A stretch of 64,000 nt of DNA from Podarcis cretensis (taxonomy: Eukaryota). Position 1 is the stretch's first letter, and every line of letters begins with the position of its first letter. The position numbers and the translations under genes were made by a program. This document shows positions 11,119 to 23,349 of this stretch, piece after piece. The notes beneath the pieces were generated by a model, which worked only from the letters and a program-made list of their open reading frames with translations, searched no databases and was not told the DNA's origin. The stretch is taken from NCBI GenBank assembly GCA_951804945.1, contig OX638159.1, positions 49,724,001-49,788,000 of the forward strand, given 5' to 3'.

Positions 11119-11464
11119 AAGGTAAAGGGACCCCTGACCGTTAAGTTCAGTTGCGGACGACTCTGGGGTTGCGGCGCTCATCTCGTTTTACTGGCCGAGG
11201 GAGCCGGCGTTTGTCCGCAGACAGCTTTCGGGTCATGTGGCCCGCATGACTAAGCAACTTCTGGCAAACCAGAGTAGTGCATGGAAATGCCGTTTACCTT
11301 CCCGCTTTATCTACTTGCACTCTGGCGTGCTTTCGAACTGCTAGGTTGGCAGGAGCTGGGACCGAAAAACGGGAGCTCACCCCATCGCAGGGATTCAAAC
11401 TGCCGACCTTCTAATCTGCAAGGCCTAGGCTCTGTGGTTTAACCCACAGCGCCAACTGGGTCCC
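11119..11464 (-). mobile_element. Sauria SINE
   Basis: Reverse-complement head and tail; 13-bp TSD CTGCTATGTGGTA at 11106-11118 and 11469-11481. Confidence 0.92.
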
Positions 11465-12884
11465 AGGTCTGCTATGTGGTAGGGAGGCCATATACCTTAC
11501 TTTACAGAGATCAGTCCTCTATTTGAAGGATTAATTCCAGGTCCAGTTGAAAGATAAAGAACCCTCAGAAGGAAGAGCAAGAAGGGCCTTGAAGTTGCAA
11601 CTGGAGCAAATTGAGCAGGTCCACAGGTCACTTGGGCAGCCTTCGCCATTATGTCAAGATGTACTGTATTTCTCTTAAAATTATAGTATTTCTAAATTAC
11701 TATAGGTGTCAGTCCCATCTATGTAATTGCACTGAGACAACGAAGTGAACTCCAGCAACCTTCCTTTTACAATGACGAAACAAGCAAGCAAACAAACAAA
11801 CAAGAAAGATGGCAGAAATTTAAATGCCATCCAAAATTCTTATTGCTAATTATGTGGATGCTTTCCACCCCATTGCATCTGCTTGGTGGAGAAATGATTG
11901 ACCTATACTCTCAAAAATAAGAATGTGGGAAAGTCTGTGAACTTCAAGAGTTATGCTGGCAACGTTTTGCTGGTATTTCTCCACAGGAAGGCTTAGCTGA
12001 CATTGGAAGAATGGGTGAAAGAGCAGGGAGGCAGGCACCAAGTACCATCCAAATTTGATTAGGCTTTTTGCCACTTCCAGAATCAGAAACTTTGGCCCAC
12101 AATTAATTCCTCTTGCTGGAAACCTACAACACCCCCCTCCCCAAAACACTCCGTGTGACTGGAGATCACAAGGCTCCCTATTGGAAATATTCTCAACAGA
12201 GATTTCAGGAAGGTTAGCTAATGTGAAGCATACTTGTGTAATTCCCATGATGGGCACTGATAACTGGGTCCTGTTCTGTGCGCCAGCAGAGAGTTAAAGG
12301 GAGCCTGGTGACATCCTACAGCTCAGCTGCATGCCAAAAGTAGATGTCGTATAGAATGAAATGCCATTCACCATGCTTTGCTACCCTTGTTTCCAAAACT
12401 GCCAACATCTGAAGAAAACCTAAAGCCAAAAGAGGGAAATTAACGACCTGGCTCTGTGGCCTGAGCCCACACAGCTATCTATTAAAGTTGCAAGATTTAT
12501 TGTCCTAGTACCCAAGTTAAAACTGGCAATGCAGTCAGTGAGAAAGGATAAGCACAATGCCAAGAAGGTTGCTAGCTAACCATGAGAAGAAAAAGAAATG
12601 CTTCTTTGGCTTTCTTTTTCTTTTTTCTTTTTCTTCTTTGCTTTTTGGCCAGTTGAGGCAAGTCTCCCCTCCCTAGATTGTGGGTGGGTGTGGGTGTGCT
12701 TAGTTATGTACCTTTTCCAATTGGCACCTGCTCCCATGCTTGCAAAAAACAACAACACCAGGTTTCTGCCTTAGATCTATCAAAAATGTCCAAAAGAGAG
12801 AAAACACATAACGAAGAAAAGAGATAGGGCATGAGTTTGCATAAAATCTGCATGTGCTCGTTTATATGTGTATTTATATGTGTA

Positions 12885-13245
12885 GCGCAGGTGGCACTGT
12901 GGTCTAAACCACTGAGCCTCTTGGGCTTGCCGATCAGAAAGTTGGTGGTTTGAATCCCCGCGACGGGGTGAGCTCCCGTTGCTCAGTCCCTGCTCCTGCC
13001 AACCTAGCAGTTCAAAAGCACATCAAAAAAAGTGCAAGTAGATAAATAGGTCCAGCGGGAAGGTAAATGGTGCTTCCATGCGCTGCTCTGGTTCACCAGA
13101 AGCGGCTTAGTTATGCTGGCCACATGACCCGGCCACATGACCCACATGACAAATGCCGGCTCCCTCAGCCTACAGAGCGAGATGAGCGCCGCAACGCCAG
13201 AGTCATCCGTGACTGGACCTAACGGTCAGGGGTACCTTTACCTTT
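12885..13245 (+). mobile_element. Sauria SINE with internal micro-triplication
   Basis: Homologous to the other copies; CACATGAC occurs three times at about 13121-13150. Confidence 0.9.
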
Positions 13246-13468
13246 TTTATCTGTATTTACATTGAAATACAGTATTTATATCCGTAGTGATGAAGCCTGT
13301 GGCTTCAGATATAGGGTTCCTTAGTTTAAATAGAGGGCTGCCCTCTGATAGCCCTTCAGAGAGAGGGGGGTTGTCTGTAAAACAGGTTACACAAGGAGGG
13401 CCCACCACAGAACAGGTTTGCTGAGGAGTCGCCTCAAGGCTGGAGTTGACCCTATTTCTCTCTCAAGA

Positions 13469-13489
13469 GTAGTAGTAGTAGTAGTAGTA

Positions 13490-13535
<46 letters not shown>

Positions 13536-13632
13536 CCCACCCATCTGGCTGGGTTTCCCCAGCCACTCTGGGTGGCTTCCAACAAAAGATTAAAAATACA
13601 TTAAAAGATCAGTCATTAAAAACTTCCCACCT
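13469..13632 (-). mobile_element. L2 3' tail with (TAG)n(TAA)n microsatellite
   Basis: accccacccatctggctgggtttccccagccactctggg, as at 4518. Confidence 0.7.
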
Positions 13633-15301
13633 AAAGGCAGGATATAAATGCCATAAATAAATAAATGTGCCCTCGCACCCCAGCATTCGTAGCGAGTGAA
13701 ATGTCTGGCTGTGAACTGCATGTAGGGAGAACTCTGTGAAACTCGCAAGCTGATGCCCTTCTGCCAACACAAGTTGTTCCAGTTAAAAAGGCATAACCCT
13801 CCCTACTTGGCAATAGCGCTATATTCCACAGTTCTCTCGTGAGGCGAACAAGCTGTAAATTCTTCCCCCTCCACTTCCTTCCACTGTAGTACCTCATCTC
13901 CACATTTTTTATTTTAATTTATTTGGTACTCTGACTAGAAACCCTTAGGAACTCTTCCTCCCATCACCCCGCAATAACATTTTAAATTAAGAAGCGAACA
14001 GTAAAAGAAAGCAAATGGGAAGAAAACAATTGTTTATTGGAAAACATCTGTTTGCCTTTAAGGTAATGTAAAAAATTTACAGTGGATTGCTAAGCAATGC
14101 CTTCTGTATTTATAGTTCTGCTTCATTTTCCATTCGCGTATATGACATTAGGGGGTTCCGTGACAAACACCACAAATTGTGTTTGGAGATGAAGTTTGTT
14201 TTCACTCTGGCCTGGATTTCAGCAAGACTTTTTCTTTTTGTTTTTTCAAAATTAAACCATCTACAGAATGGCACATCTGTTGAGGCTGCCTGAGGACACG
14301 GAGCTTGATAAATGTCTACATTTTTTCAGACGTGGGAACTCTTGGGCAAAACGGGATGCCTGCTTTGGCCATTTGCATGCCAGTACCCAGTGTGCTTTTT
14401 CAGCTCACAGCAATTGGATTGTTGTGTCTCAATCCTCGGGATAAAGCAAAAAGTTCAAGCCTGTTTGTGCAGTGCGGGCACACAGAATGCTTTTTCAACA
14501 GTGCAGCCTTTTAAACAATTTCTTGTGTGGTCACCTTCTTGGACTACTGCTCTGAAGCTGGCCACATGATTTCAAAATCTGTTTTGCTGGGTATGCTGCC
14601 TGAAAAATCAGCAGAAATCTGGGCGCATGACAAGACTTACTGGCTCTGCTGCCATTGCCTGACCAATTCCACGTGAATCAAGTCACTCTGGGGCATCATT
14701 TCCCGCTGAACAACGTGGAATTTGTAGTTTCCTGTGGCCCCAGTTCCATTCAGGAAGCTCAAGGCCCAGTGTTGCTCAACAGGAAATAATGCTTCTGAGC
14801 ATGTCCAGGAACAGCTGGCCTGGTTAAGGATCAAGACTACTTTCTCTAGTGAGCACTCCTCTGTTTTCTTTGGTTTTCGATTGAGAAGGGGTTGCTATGG
14901 CTAGCAGAGAGAGACAGCTAGGAGTGGGGACAGATCCCACTATTAATCGCCACGGGGACACCTCAATCAATGCTAAGGCTAAAAGGAAAATGGAAAACTG
15001 GGATTCTTAAGCAACAATGTAAAACATCTCAGAGCATCAGCAAGCAGATTCTCTTAGTTTTTCCTCTTACTTGAGTCAACAGTATTTGGTCTACCTCTGT
15101 TCCACCCTCACTGCTTTGAGCTTCTGTGTTTTATTTGATGGTGTGAGCCTTTCTTATTCACACATTATGTCCACAACTGAGCCCATTGCAGGGAAATGTG
15201 GCAACCAACTATTTTGCAACAAGGCCACAAACCTGGGGGCATTAGATAGGGAATGACTCCATAGTTCAGACCATGCTGTGGTCAAGCGTGTATGTGGAGA
15301 A

Positions 15302-15420
15302 GTCCAGTAGCCTGACTGAAATTCAGTATCTGAAGAAGTGTGCATGCACATGAAAGCTTATACCAAGAACAAACTTAGTTGGTCTCTAAGGTGCTATTGG
15401 ACAATTTTTTAAAAATTTAT
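15302..15420 (+). mobile_element. Penelope-like element pseudo-LTR fragment
   Basis: ctgaagaagtgtgcatgcaca(t)gaaagcttataccaagaacaaacttagttggtctctaaggtgcta. The short inverted copy GTCCAGTAGC (15302) / GCTATTGGAC (15393) is typical of Penelope 5' inversions. Confidence 0.65.
15326..15363 (+). ncRNA. Minimal type I hammerhead ribozyme motif (Penelope-associated, possibly decayed)
   Basis: GTAT-CTGAAGA-A-GTGTG(CATG)CACAT-GAAA-GCTT-ATAC: stem I, conserved core boxes, stem II and palindromic AAGCTT stem III. Confidence 0.6.
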
Positions 15421-15566
15421 ATATATATTTGAAGTTCATATGATCATTTTGATTGATTACTAAGAAAGTCCAACATATTTCCAAGGAGACATAATTAGCT
15501 GATGAGAGGCACTGCTGCTCTTGGGGGGGGAGGAATAAAATTCATGTGGTTTGGGGGGGTTACCCA

Positions 15567-15927
15567 CTGCCTTGCAGGATATTTTCGGGAGAAGAAAAAG
15601 CTAAGGGGTAAACCCTACATAAATCTGGAGTAGGGTCTCTAAGATGGTTGGATGGTGTCTTGTAGGCCTCCTTCCAGCTCTACTTTCCTGAGTCTGGCTG
15701 AGAACGGGGTGGGGTGGGGTCTTGTTGTCTGGGCAGCCCAAGAGCTCCATACACACTGCCCAGGCTTGCATCCCAGGGAGGCCACTTTGGTGCTGCGAAC
15801 ATGGGAGGCAGAAGTTATGAGTTACCTGTCTCTGCAGCTACAGCAGGAGCTGTGATTCTTCAGCAGTTTGACTTTACCCCCCAGAGGCCCACTTCATTGT
15901 CTCTTGAGACAGACAAATGCCAACAAA
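15567..15927 (+). mobile_element. Second copy of the RTE-like non-autonomous repeat
   Basis: Similar to 6050-6275. Confidence 0.55.
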
Positions 15928-16987
15928 AAGTTTGGGGCTGGTCTCAGACTAATAATGGATCCCAGTTTTTCCACCCAGGATAAATAGAAAACAGGTTTCA
16001 CACGGTCTCATATGTGTTACTCACGATCTAAGACTCATGATCTGAACCTCAAACGTGCACTGAAACATTTGGTTTGGATTAACTCTTAATATGGCATCTG
16101 CACAGTCTTTACATTTCCAGTCTGCCAGTTTGGGGGCAACAGCCTGATCCTGCACAGAGATTTTACAGGTGGACAGAGAGATCAAAAACGAGTTGATCAG
16201 AGCACTCAATTTTTATATCCCACTTACTGTGTTTTGCTTAGCCAGACTGTCTTACTTAAGGCTCTTTCTGAGAAAGGCTTCTACTGCAAAAATGACACAA
16301 AGCAGTGCAGCTTGTAGTGGAATCCAACATCTTTCTCTTGTCTGCTGTTTCTTCTCCTGTCTTCTATTTAAGTGAACAATTCTGGCTGTTTACATCAATT
16401 GTTACTCTGCTGTTGCAAATGAAACATATGCACATCACATCCGAATCCATTGTGCCAACATTGCATAGGAATTATTGAAGACGTGCCTGTTTAGACAAAA
16501 GTTCTTCTGATCTCCTTATCTGAAACTCCTGCTTTTAATTGCTGTTTTAACCGGTTTAATGTTTAACGGGCTTCTTTTGTTGCACACTTTAATTGTGGGT
16601 GCTTACTTTAATGTATTGATAGAATTATTTCACTGTGTGTTTTAATTATATGTGATCCTTCATTGTTATTTTGGGGTCATTAGTTTTATGTTCCTAAAGT
16701 GCTTAAAAGCCACTTTGGCCGTTGGGCAGCATATAATGAAATAAATAAAGCAAATTGTGGATCAAGGCAGAGAGCTGCCTGTGGCTGTCCTTAGCGAGGA
16801 GGACACCCCCACATTTGTACCCACTAGTGCTGTAGTTCTTCCACGTTTCAGTTGATCATGCCTTTGGAGGTCTCTTTGTGAGAGCTGAGCAGCATGTACT
16901 CTCTCCTGCCCCCTTGCTGGCTGTTCCATGCTAGCGCAGGATCATCTTTTGCCAGGAAAATCAGAGCGTTGGGACTGAAGTACTTTA

Positions 16988-17339
16988 CAGTGGTACCTCG
17001 CAAGACGAATGCCTCGTAAGACGAAAAACTCGCAAAACGAAAGTTTTTCATTTTTTGAGTTGCTTCGCAAGACGGATTTCCCTATGGGCTTGCTTCGCAA
17101 GACAAAAGCGTCTTGCAAGTTTGTTTCCTTTGTCTTGCAAGTTTGTTTCCTTTTTCTTAAAACCGTGCATTCACTTTGAGGAGCAACTCATAGCACGCGG
17201 TGTGGTAGCCTTTTTTGAGGTTTTTGAAGACTTTGGTGATTTTTGAAGCTTTTCCAAAGTCCGTGTTTCGCAAGACGAAAAAATCGCAAGACGAAAAAAC
17301 TCGTGGAACGAATTAATTTCGTCTTGCGAGGCACCACTG
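16988..17339. mobile_element. Tigger-like MITE, family A variant (different interior, opposite orientation)
   Basis: TA flanks; TIR CAGTGGTACCTCGCAAGACGAA. Confidence 0.85.
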
Positions 17340-17411
17340 TAATGACGACCTGAATGTTTAGAAACATGAACTACTCCTGCTATGCCATATAGCACCATAC
17401 TTGCTAGTGTA

Positions 17412-17757
17412 AAAAGGTAAAGGTAAAGGGACCCCTAATCATTAGGTCCAGTTGTGGCCGACTCTGGGGTTGCGGCGCTCATCTCTCTCTACTGGCCGAG
17501 GGAGCCGGCGTACAGCTTCCAGGTCATGTGGCCAGCATGACTAAGCCGCTTCTGGCGAACCAGAGCAGCGCATGGAAACGCCGTTTACCTTCCCGCCAGA
17601 GTGGTTATTTATCTACTTGCACTTTGACGTGCTTTCGAACTACTAGGTTGGCAGGAGCAGGGACCGAGCAACGGGAGCTCACCCCGTCGTGAGGATTCAT
17701 ACCGCCAACCTTCTGATCAGCAAGCCCTAGGCTCTCTGGTTTAACCCACCGCACCCC
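17412..17757 (-). mobile_element. Sauria SINE
   Basis: Tail AAAGGT x2; TSD ACTT(G/T)CTAGTGTA at 17399-17411 and 17761-17773. Confidence 0.9.
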
Positions 17758-19014
17758 TCTACTTTCTAGTGTACTGTTGTGTAAAACACATGCAGAACCC
17801 TGCATCTTTTGTTCTATACTCTGCTTTAATGAGGGTACACACAAGAACCTGATGGATGGTTGGTGAAAGAGCCTGTGTGAGATGCAGGGAAGGGAAGATT
17901 TCTCAGGGTGGGAGACTGGAGAAAGAGAAGCTCCCAGGTGAGAGCTGGGAAGATCTGCCCCCTTCTGTGTGAGACAAAATGGGAGAACTGCATGGCAAAA
18001 TTTAGAGAAGTATAAAGGGTGGCTCAGTTTTGGCTGATGAAGGATGGCTGTGTTTTGGTTACTTAACTGAGGCATATCATCATCATTATTACCATTAATC
18101 AAAAATGTTAATAGAAAATTAATAATCAAAGACCACAGGGCAGTTTGCAACATTATAATAACAGTGCAATATAAAACAGTTGTCTTTAACATCCCATAAA
18201 ACAACAAGCTTTAACACCAACAATATAAGAATCCCTAACAAATACCAATGGCTGCAGCAAATAATCATGCCAACAGGCCCCATTATAGTGTCAGGGTCTG
18301 GGGGAATAGATGTCTTGAGCTGATATCTGAAACTCAGCAATGAAGGTAATTTCCAGGGGCGGGGAATTCTAAAAGTGGGGGCCCTGTTATCACTGGCAAG
18401 ATGCAAGAAGGGCCCCTTAAATGTTGCAGCTCAAATGATTCTGAAGTATGACTTTTCTGTTATTATAAAGATGAGAGATGGGAAAACCTGTGGACCCTCC
18501 AGATGTTGCTTGGCTTCTACTCTCACCAACTCCAGCCAGCATAGCCAATAGGGATGGTGAGAATTGAAATCCAGCAACATCTGGAGGGCCATAGCTTCCC
18601 CATCCCTGATCTAGATTAGAACATATAAAAGGAAATGTGTGCAATCGTGTGAAAAAAGAAGTAACAATTTCATATTGCTCTCCATTTTGGCCTTCCTTCT
18701 CAGCAGCCTCTAGGGGGAGCCCTGCTTTCAGCAAATCCTTTCATTTCTTTTCATCTCAGGAGAGATTTGAAAATCACTTGCCAAAAGGAGTTGGAGAAAG
18801 CTGCAGATTTTAGGACTAAAGCATTCAGGCCACATCCCATGCCAGTTTCCCCCTTGATATTAAAATATGTGGATCACACATGACTTTAGAATCAAATCAA
18901 AACAAAGCAATGCAACATGCTAAACCATGTCTGTTCAAGAGGGGCACCCAGGCAGCGTCAAAGGACCAGACTGCAATGTTCTGCTTCTCAGTAGCTGATC
19001 TTCGTTTTTCTATG

Positions 19015-19543
19015 TCATAGAATCATAAAATTGTAGGGTTGGAAGGGACCCCAACAGTGATCTAGTCCAGTCCCTTGCAGGAATATCGACTAGTCAGTGT
19101 TTCCCAACCTTGGGCCTCCAGCTGTTTTTGGACTACAACTCCCATCATCCCTAGCTAGCAAGACCAGTGGTCAGGGATGATGGGAATTGTAGTTCAAAAA
19201 CAGCTGGAGGCCCAAGGTTGGGAAACACTAGACTAGATCATATATAACATCGAACCTCTGCTTAAAAACCTCCAAGGAAGGAGAGTCCACCGTCCCGAGG
19301 GAGTCTGTTCCACTGTTGAGCAGTTCTTACTGTCAGAAAGTTCTTCCTGATGTTTAGCCAGAATCTCCTTTCTCTTAACTTGAATCCACTGGTTTGGGTC
19401 CTACCCTCCAGAGCTTGCACCAGAGCTTGTGGCAGCCCTTTAGATATTTGAAGATGGCTATCATATCTCCTCTCAAACTCCTCTTTCCCAGGCTAAATGT
19501 ACCCAACTCCTTCAACCATTCTCATAAGACTTGGTTTCCATAT
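19015..19543 (-). mobile_element. CR1 LINE 3' fragment with nested palindromic MITE
   Basis: TCATAGAATCATA is the reverse complement of the CR1 (ATTCTATG)n tail; homologous to 39040-39397. Confidence 0.8.
19095..19230. mobile_element. Palindromic hAT-type MITE (~135 bp)
   Basis: Near-perfect arms of about 57 bp; GACTAG on both sides. Confidence 0.8.
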
Positions 19544-19656
19544 TGATAAATGCTGGATAAATGTTCTGGAATGGGCCCACTGAAGTCAACAGAACCAGTC
19601 CAGAAAAAGTAGTTCATGAATTATTATACTTTAGCACCTGATGAGAAATTTGTTTT

Positions 19657-19807
19657 AAAAAGAAAAGAGAAAATGAATTTTAAGCTATTTCAGTAAAACT
19701 TTTGTCTATGTGTGCCTTTTGTTTTTTCAGACTATGGATATGAGAAAAGGTGTTCGTATGATCCCGTTAGTAAGAGACATTTAAATCACATTTGCAGCTC
19801 TTATGGT
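19657..19807. repeat. Left copy of a 151-bp direct repeat flanking an L1 fragment
   Basis: Identical by eye to 20349-20499. Confidence 0.95.
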
Positions 19808-20348
19808 TGGATACAAGACCTTCCCACGCTGGAAGAGTGGCAGACGCAGTTGATGGACTATATGGAACTGGCTGAAATGACTGGCAGAATCCGAAATCTG
19901 GGAGAAGAGACAATGGAAGAGGACTGGAAGAAATTTAAGGACTATTTACAAAAACATTATAAGTTGTATGAATGTTAAGAATCTGCATGACTTGGAAATT
20001 TTAGCTCCTGCAATTAGATTAGGAAAATAGAAAGTTACGTTATAAGTAAGAAAAAGTTGAAATTTAAAGTTATTTTATGTATTATCTTAAGGTATAAATA
20101 TTTGACAAAAGGTACTTTAAATTTAGAAGTAAAACACTCTGAAAGATATAAATAAGATACGAAACAAGGTAATAATTTGCTGATATGTTTATTGTAAAGA
20201 ACGCAGGGTGAGGGAGATGTGGGGAAGTCCAGTTAGTAACCTAAAAATGTATTTTGAAAGTTGGATTGTTTTTCTTTCTTTCTTTTTTCTGGTTTGTCCT
20301 TCTTTTTCTTTTCTGTAAACTGAAAATGTAATAAAAATTTTAATAAAT
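19808..20348 (+). mobile_element. 5'-truncated L1-type LINE (ORF2 C-terminus, 3' UTR, A-rich end)
   Basis: WIQDLPTLEEWQTQLMDYMELAEMT...WKKFKDYL resembles non-mammalian L1 ORF2 ends. Ends in AATAAA-rich sequence and is inserted at TTTT/AAAA. Confidence 0.75.
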
Positions 20349-20499
20349 AAAAAGAAAAGAGAAAATGAATTTTAAGCTATTTCAGTAAAACTTTTGTCTA
20401 TGTGTGCCTTTTGTTTTTTCAGACTATGGATATGAGAAAAGGTGTTCGTATGATCCCGTTAGTAAGAGACATTTAAATCACATTTGCAGCTCTTATGGT
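20349..20499. repeat. Right copy of the 151-bp direct repeat
   Basis: Identical by eye to 19657-19807. Confidence 0.95.
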
Positions 20500-22946
20500 G
20501 GCTAATACAGTAGAGAAAGAAGAACAGGCATTTGTAATGCAAATGCACATCCTGGGAAAACAAACTTATGTGAATCCATGAAAGCCTCTGCTGTGAAAAT
20601 GTTCCCTGCCTTCGACATTTAATGACTGTGTGTCAAGCAGAGAGTATTTCCCTTTCATTTTTTTTTTAAACTGGAAACAAATGAAGAACAAAAACAGCAC
20701 ATGGTATTTCCTCTTAAGTCATGATATTTATTGAACACAGGCAGCCTGATCCTAGGGTGAATCTGAACCACCACAAGACTGAATTTAGGACAGGTGCCAG
20801 TAGCCTACAAGGTATTTTGTCAAGCCAAACCCATGATTGGCCACTTTACATCATTTGGTGGTATACATAGGAGGATTCAACCTGAGTGCTGCTCTGCCAG
20901 GTAAATATCAGATAATTTTGTGGTACTGTAATTTTGTATTATATCCCATCACTCCTAATGGCAAACTCAATTCCCCAGTACAGCCAGAAATGGCAGAGAG
21001 AAACAAGAAGATGATATCAGCATATTTGGGGGGACTCTGCCATTTGCACAAGTTAAAATAATAGCAATACTTTAAACCCTGCCCCTGCTGTTACTTTTTT
21101 TTTTTTTGCTAGTCTCACTTGTTAGTTCTATATGGAATTTCTGGATGTCTTCTGTTATGGCTAGCTTTCATAGTTGGTATTTTTCAAAAGAAAATGCTGA
21201 AAACGAATGCAAATTTGTATTAATACAAATGAAAATTGTCACTCAGCATCTCCCCATTTATCTCCCCATGTTAATCTTGCTGAAACTATTGCGTAAGGGA
21301 CATTTCACTGAAACTTCAGTTTCCATGACCAAATTGCTGTGTTGACAATGTGGGCAGAGTAGATTCACTTCTGGTGAAGCTGTTGTGCCATTCATTCGCC
21401 ATGTGTCCAGTTGTAATCCTGGTCACATTACACGTGCATAGAGTTCCAAAAACAGGCTCATAGAAAAGCAGTTGTGTGGCTATATTGCCTTATGATGGAC
21501 TCTACTTGGACCCACCAAAACTCACATTCTCAGGATGCCAATTTGGTGGTGTGTCTTTTTCTGAGTAAGGAATCCTCCTGCCATATTTATCATTCACTTT
21601 TCCAAATAAGGGCACATTCCATAAGGGGGAGTTATATTGCAAAGAGGACATTCAGATCTGTTTTTTTCTGTGTGCATGCTAGCTTCTACACATTCCTTGG
21701 TGTGTCTCCCCCCCCCCCCCGTCTTATATATTGCTGTTCTGCCGCTTGCCATCCACACCACTGGACAGAGCTTAATGAAACATATCCACAGGTGTTTGTT
21801 TTTGTCCCTCCCCGTTGTCAGTTTAGTTGCAGTTGCAGTACGTGCACTGGGATTGTTGATTATTTTATAGTTTTGGTTCTAATGGTTTAGAAAATATCTT
21901 TTTTATCACTCTAGCACAAGATGACAGTCTCTAAGGTAGTCCCTTCTATGTAGTGGATGGACATCTTGAGAGAACAGCTCATCCTATTCAGTTGTTGAGC
22001 ATGCCTACAGCCTGTGCAGATTGTTAAAGAGAGGAATGATCCTATCGTTTGCGCTTTCAGAAACAAAATAGCTAGGGTTGTGCTCAAGCAAGTAGCAAAT
22101 GGAAGTGGGGGTGCTGAAACCTTACCACACATGTGACAAACTGCCCATCAATAAAAATAAAAATGCTAACAAGTTTACACATCAGCAGTGCCTGTAGTAG
22201 ATATATAAAAGGTTATTTTAATTTACTGGATTTTATTTTGTTTATTTATTTTTGCATAAAGGGGAAATCCAGATTAAAAAAATATTTAAAAAGCATGGGC
22301 TGGAATTTTGATAGCATGGCTGTTGTGCAGATGCTGCCAAAAATAATAATGATGCATGCATGAGCAGCACTGATTGCACAATAAACTCACACCTGATAGT
22401 GTATTTAGAAAGTTTAGGGTGTTGTTTTAATGGCAAATTCCTAGATCATTTTGAAATAATTTGTAGTAATAAATGCTGAAATGTAATTCCTGTAAAGTTC
22501 TCTTGACCTTTGCCCTTCTGCATCTTATTTTATATCTTATTTCCCCAAATATTTCTGATTGTCACTCTGCTGGTATTTCATTATGTTCTACATACAAGGA
22601 AATAATAACATGTTCAGTATTTGATTTGGAGCTGCAATTCTGGTTTTCAGCTGAATCTCGATTTTGATTGGAATTCAGGCCTAATAGCTATACATTATGC
22701 CCTCACAGCTTGTAATAAAACAAGAAAACAATTAAGCCTCAAGGAGAAATCTATAGATATCAGTAACAATTAATTGCACATTTATTCCAAAGCCATTTAA
22801 AATGATTTACCGGTAATTAATTCAACAAAATTGATGAACTTGATCTGGTGATACCAGCTTTTCAAAGTCTTGATAGTCTTTTACACATCCAACACCTCTC
22901 TGCCACCCGCTTGCCTCGGCACCCTGCTAATCCCACAGCCCCCTTT

Positions 22947-23319
22947 TCTTGTTGTTGTTGTTTAGTCGTTTAGGCGTGCCCAACTCTTCGTGACCCCCTG
23001 GACCAGAGCACGCCAGGCACTCCTGTCTTCCACTGCCTCCCGCAGTTTGGTCAAACTCATGCTGGTAGCTTCGAGAACACTGTCCAACCATCTCATCCTC
23101 TGTCGTCCCCTTCTCCTTGTGCCCTCCATCTTTCCCAACATCAGGGTCTTTTCCAGGGAGTCTTCTCTTCTCATGAGGTGGCCAAAGGATTGGAGTCTCA
23201 GCTTCAGGATCTGTCCTTCCAGTGAGCACTCAGGGCTGATTTCCTTGAGAATGGAGAGGTTTGATCTTCTTGCAGTCCATGGGACTCTCAAGAGTCTCCT
23301 CCAGCACCATAATTCAAAA
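22947..23319 (-). mobile_element. BovB (RTE) LINE 3' end
   Basis: Encodes RVPWTARRSNLSILKEISPECSLEG...LEKTLMLGK...RQRMRWLD; (CAA)n tail; 12-bp TSD ACAGCCCCCTTT at 22935-22946 and 23320-23331. Confidence 0.93.
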
Positions 23320-23349
23320 ACAGCCCCCTTTGGGAAACACTAATTCAGA

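Noticed and set aside
19637-19650. Other CTGATGAG hammerhead-like cores (also near 15499)
   Set aside because: No stem II followed by GAAA and no flanking helices.
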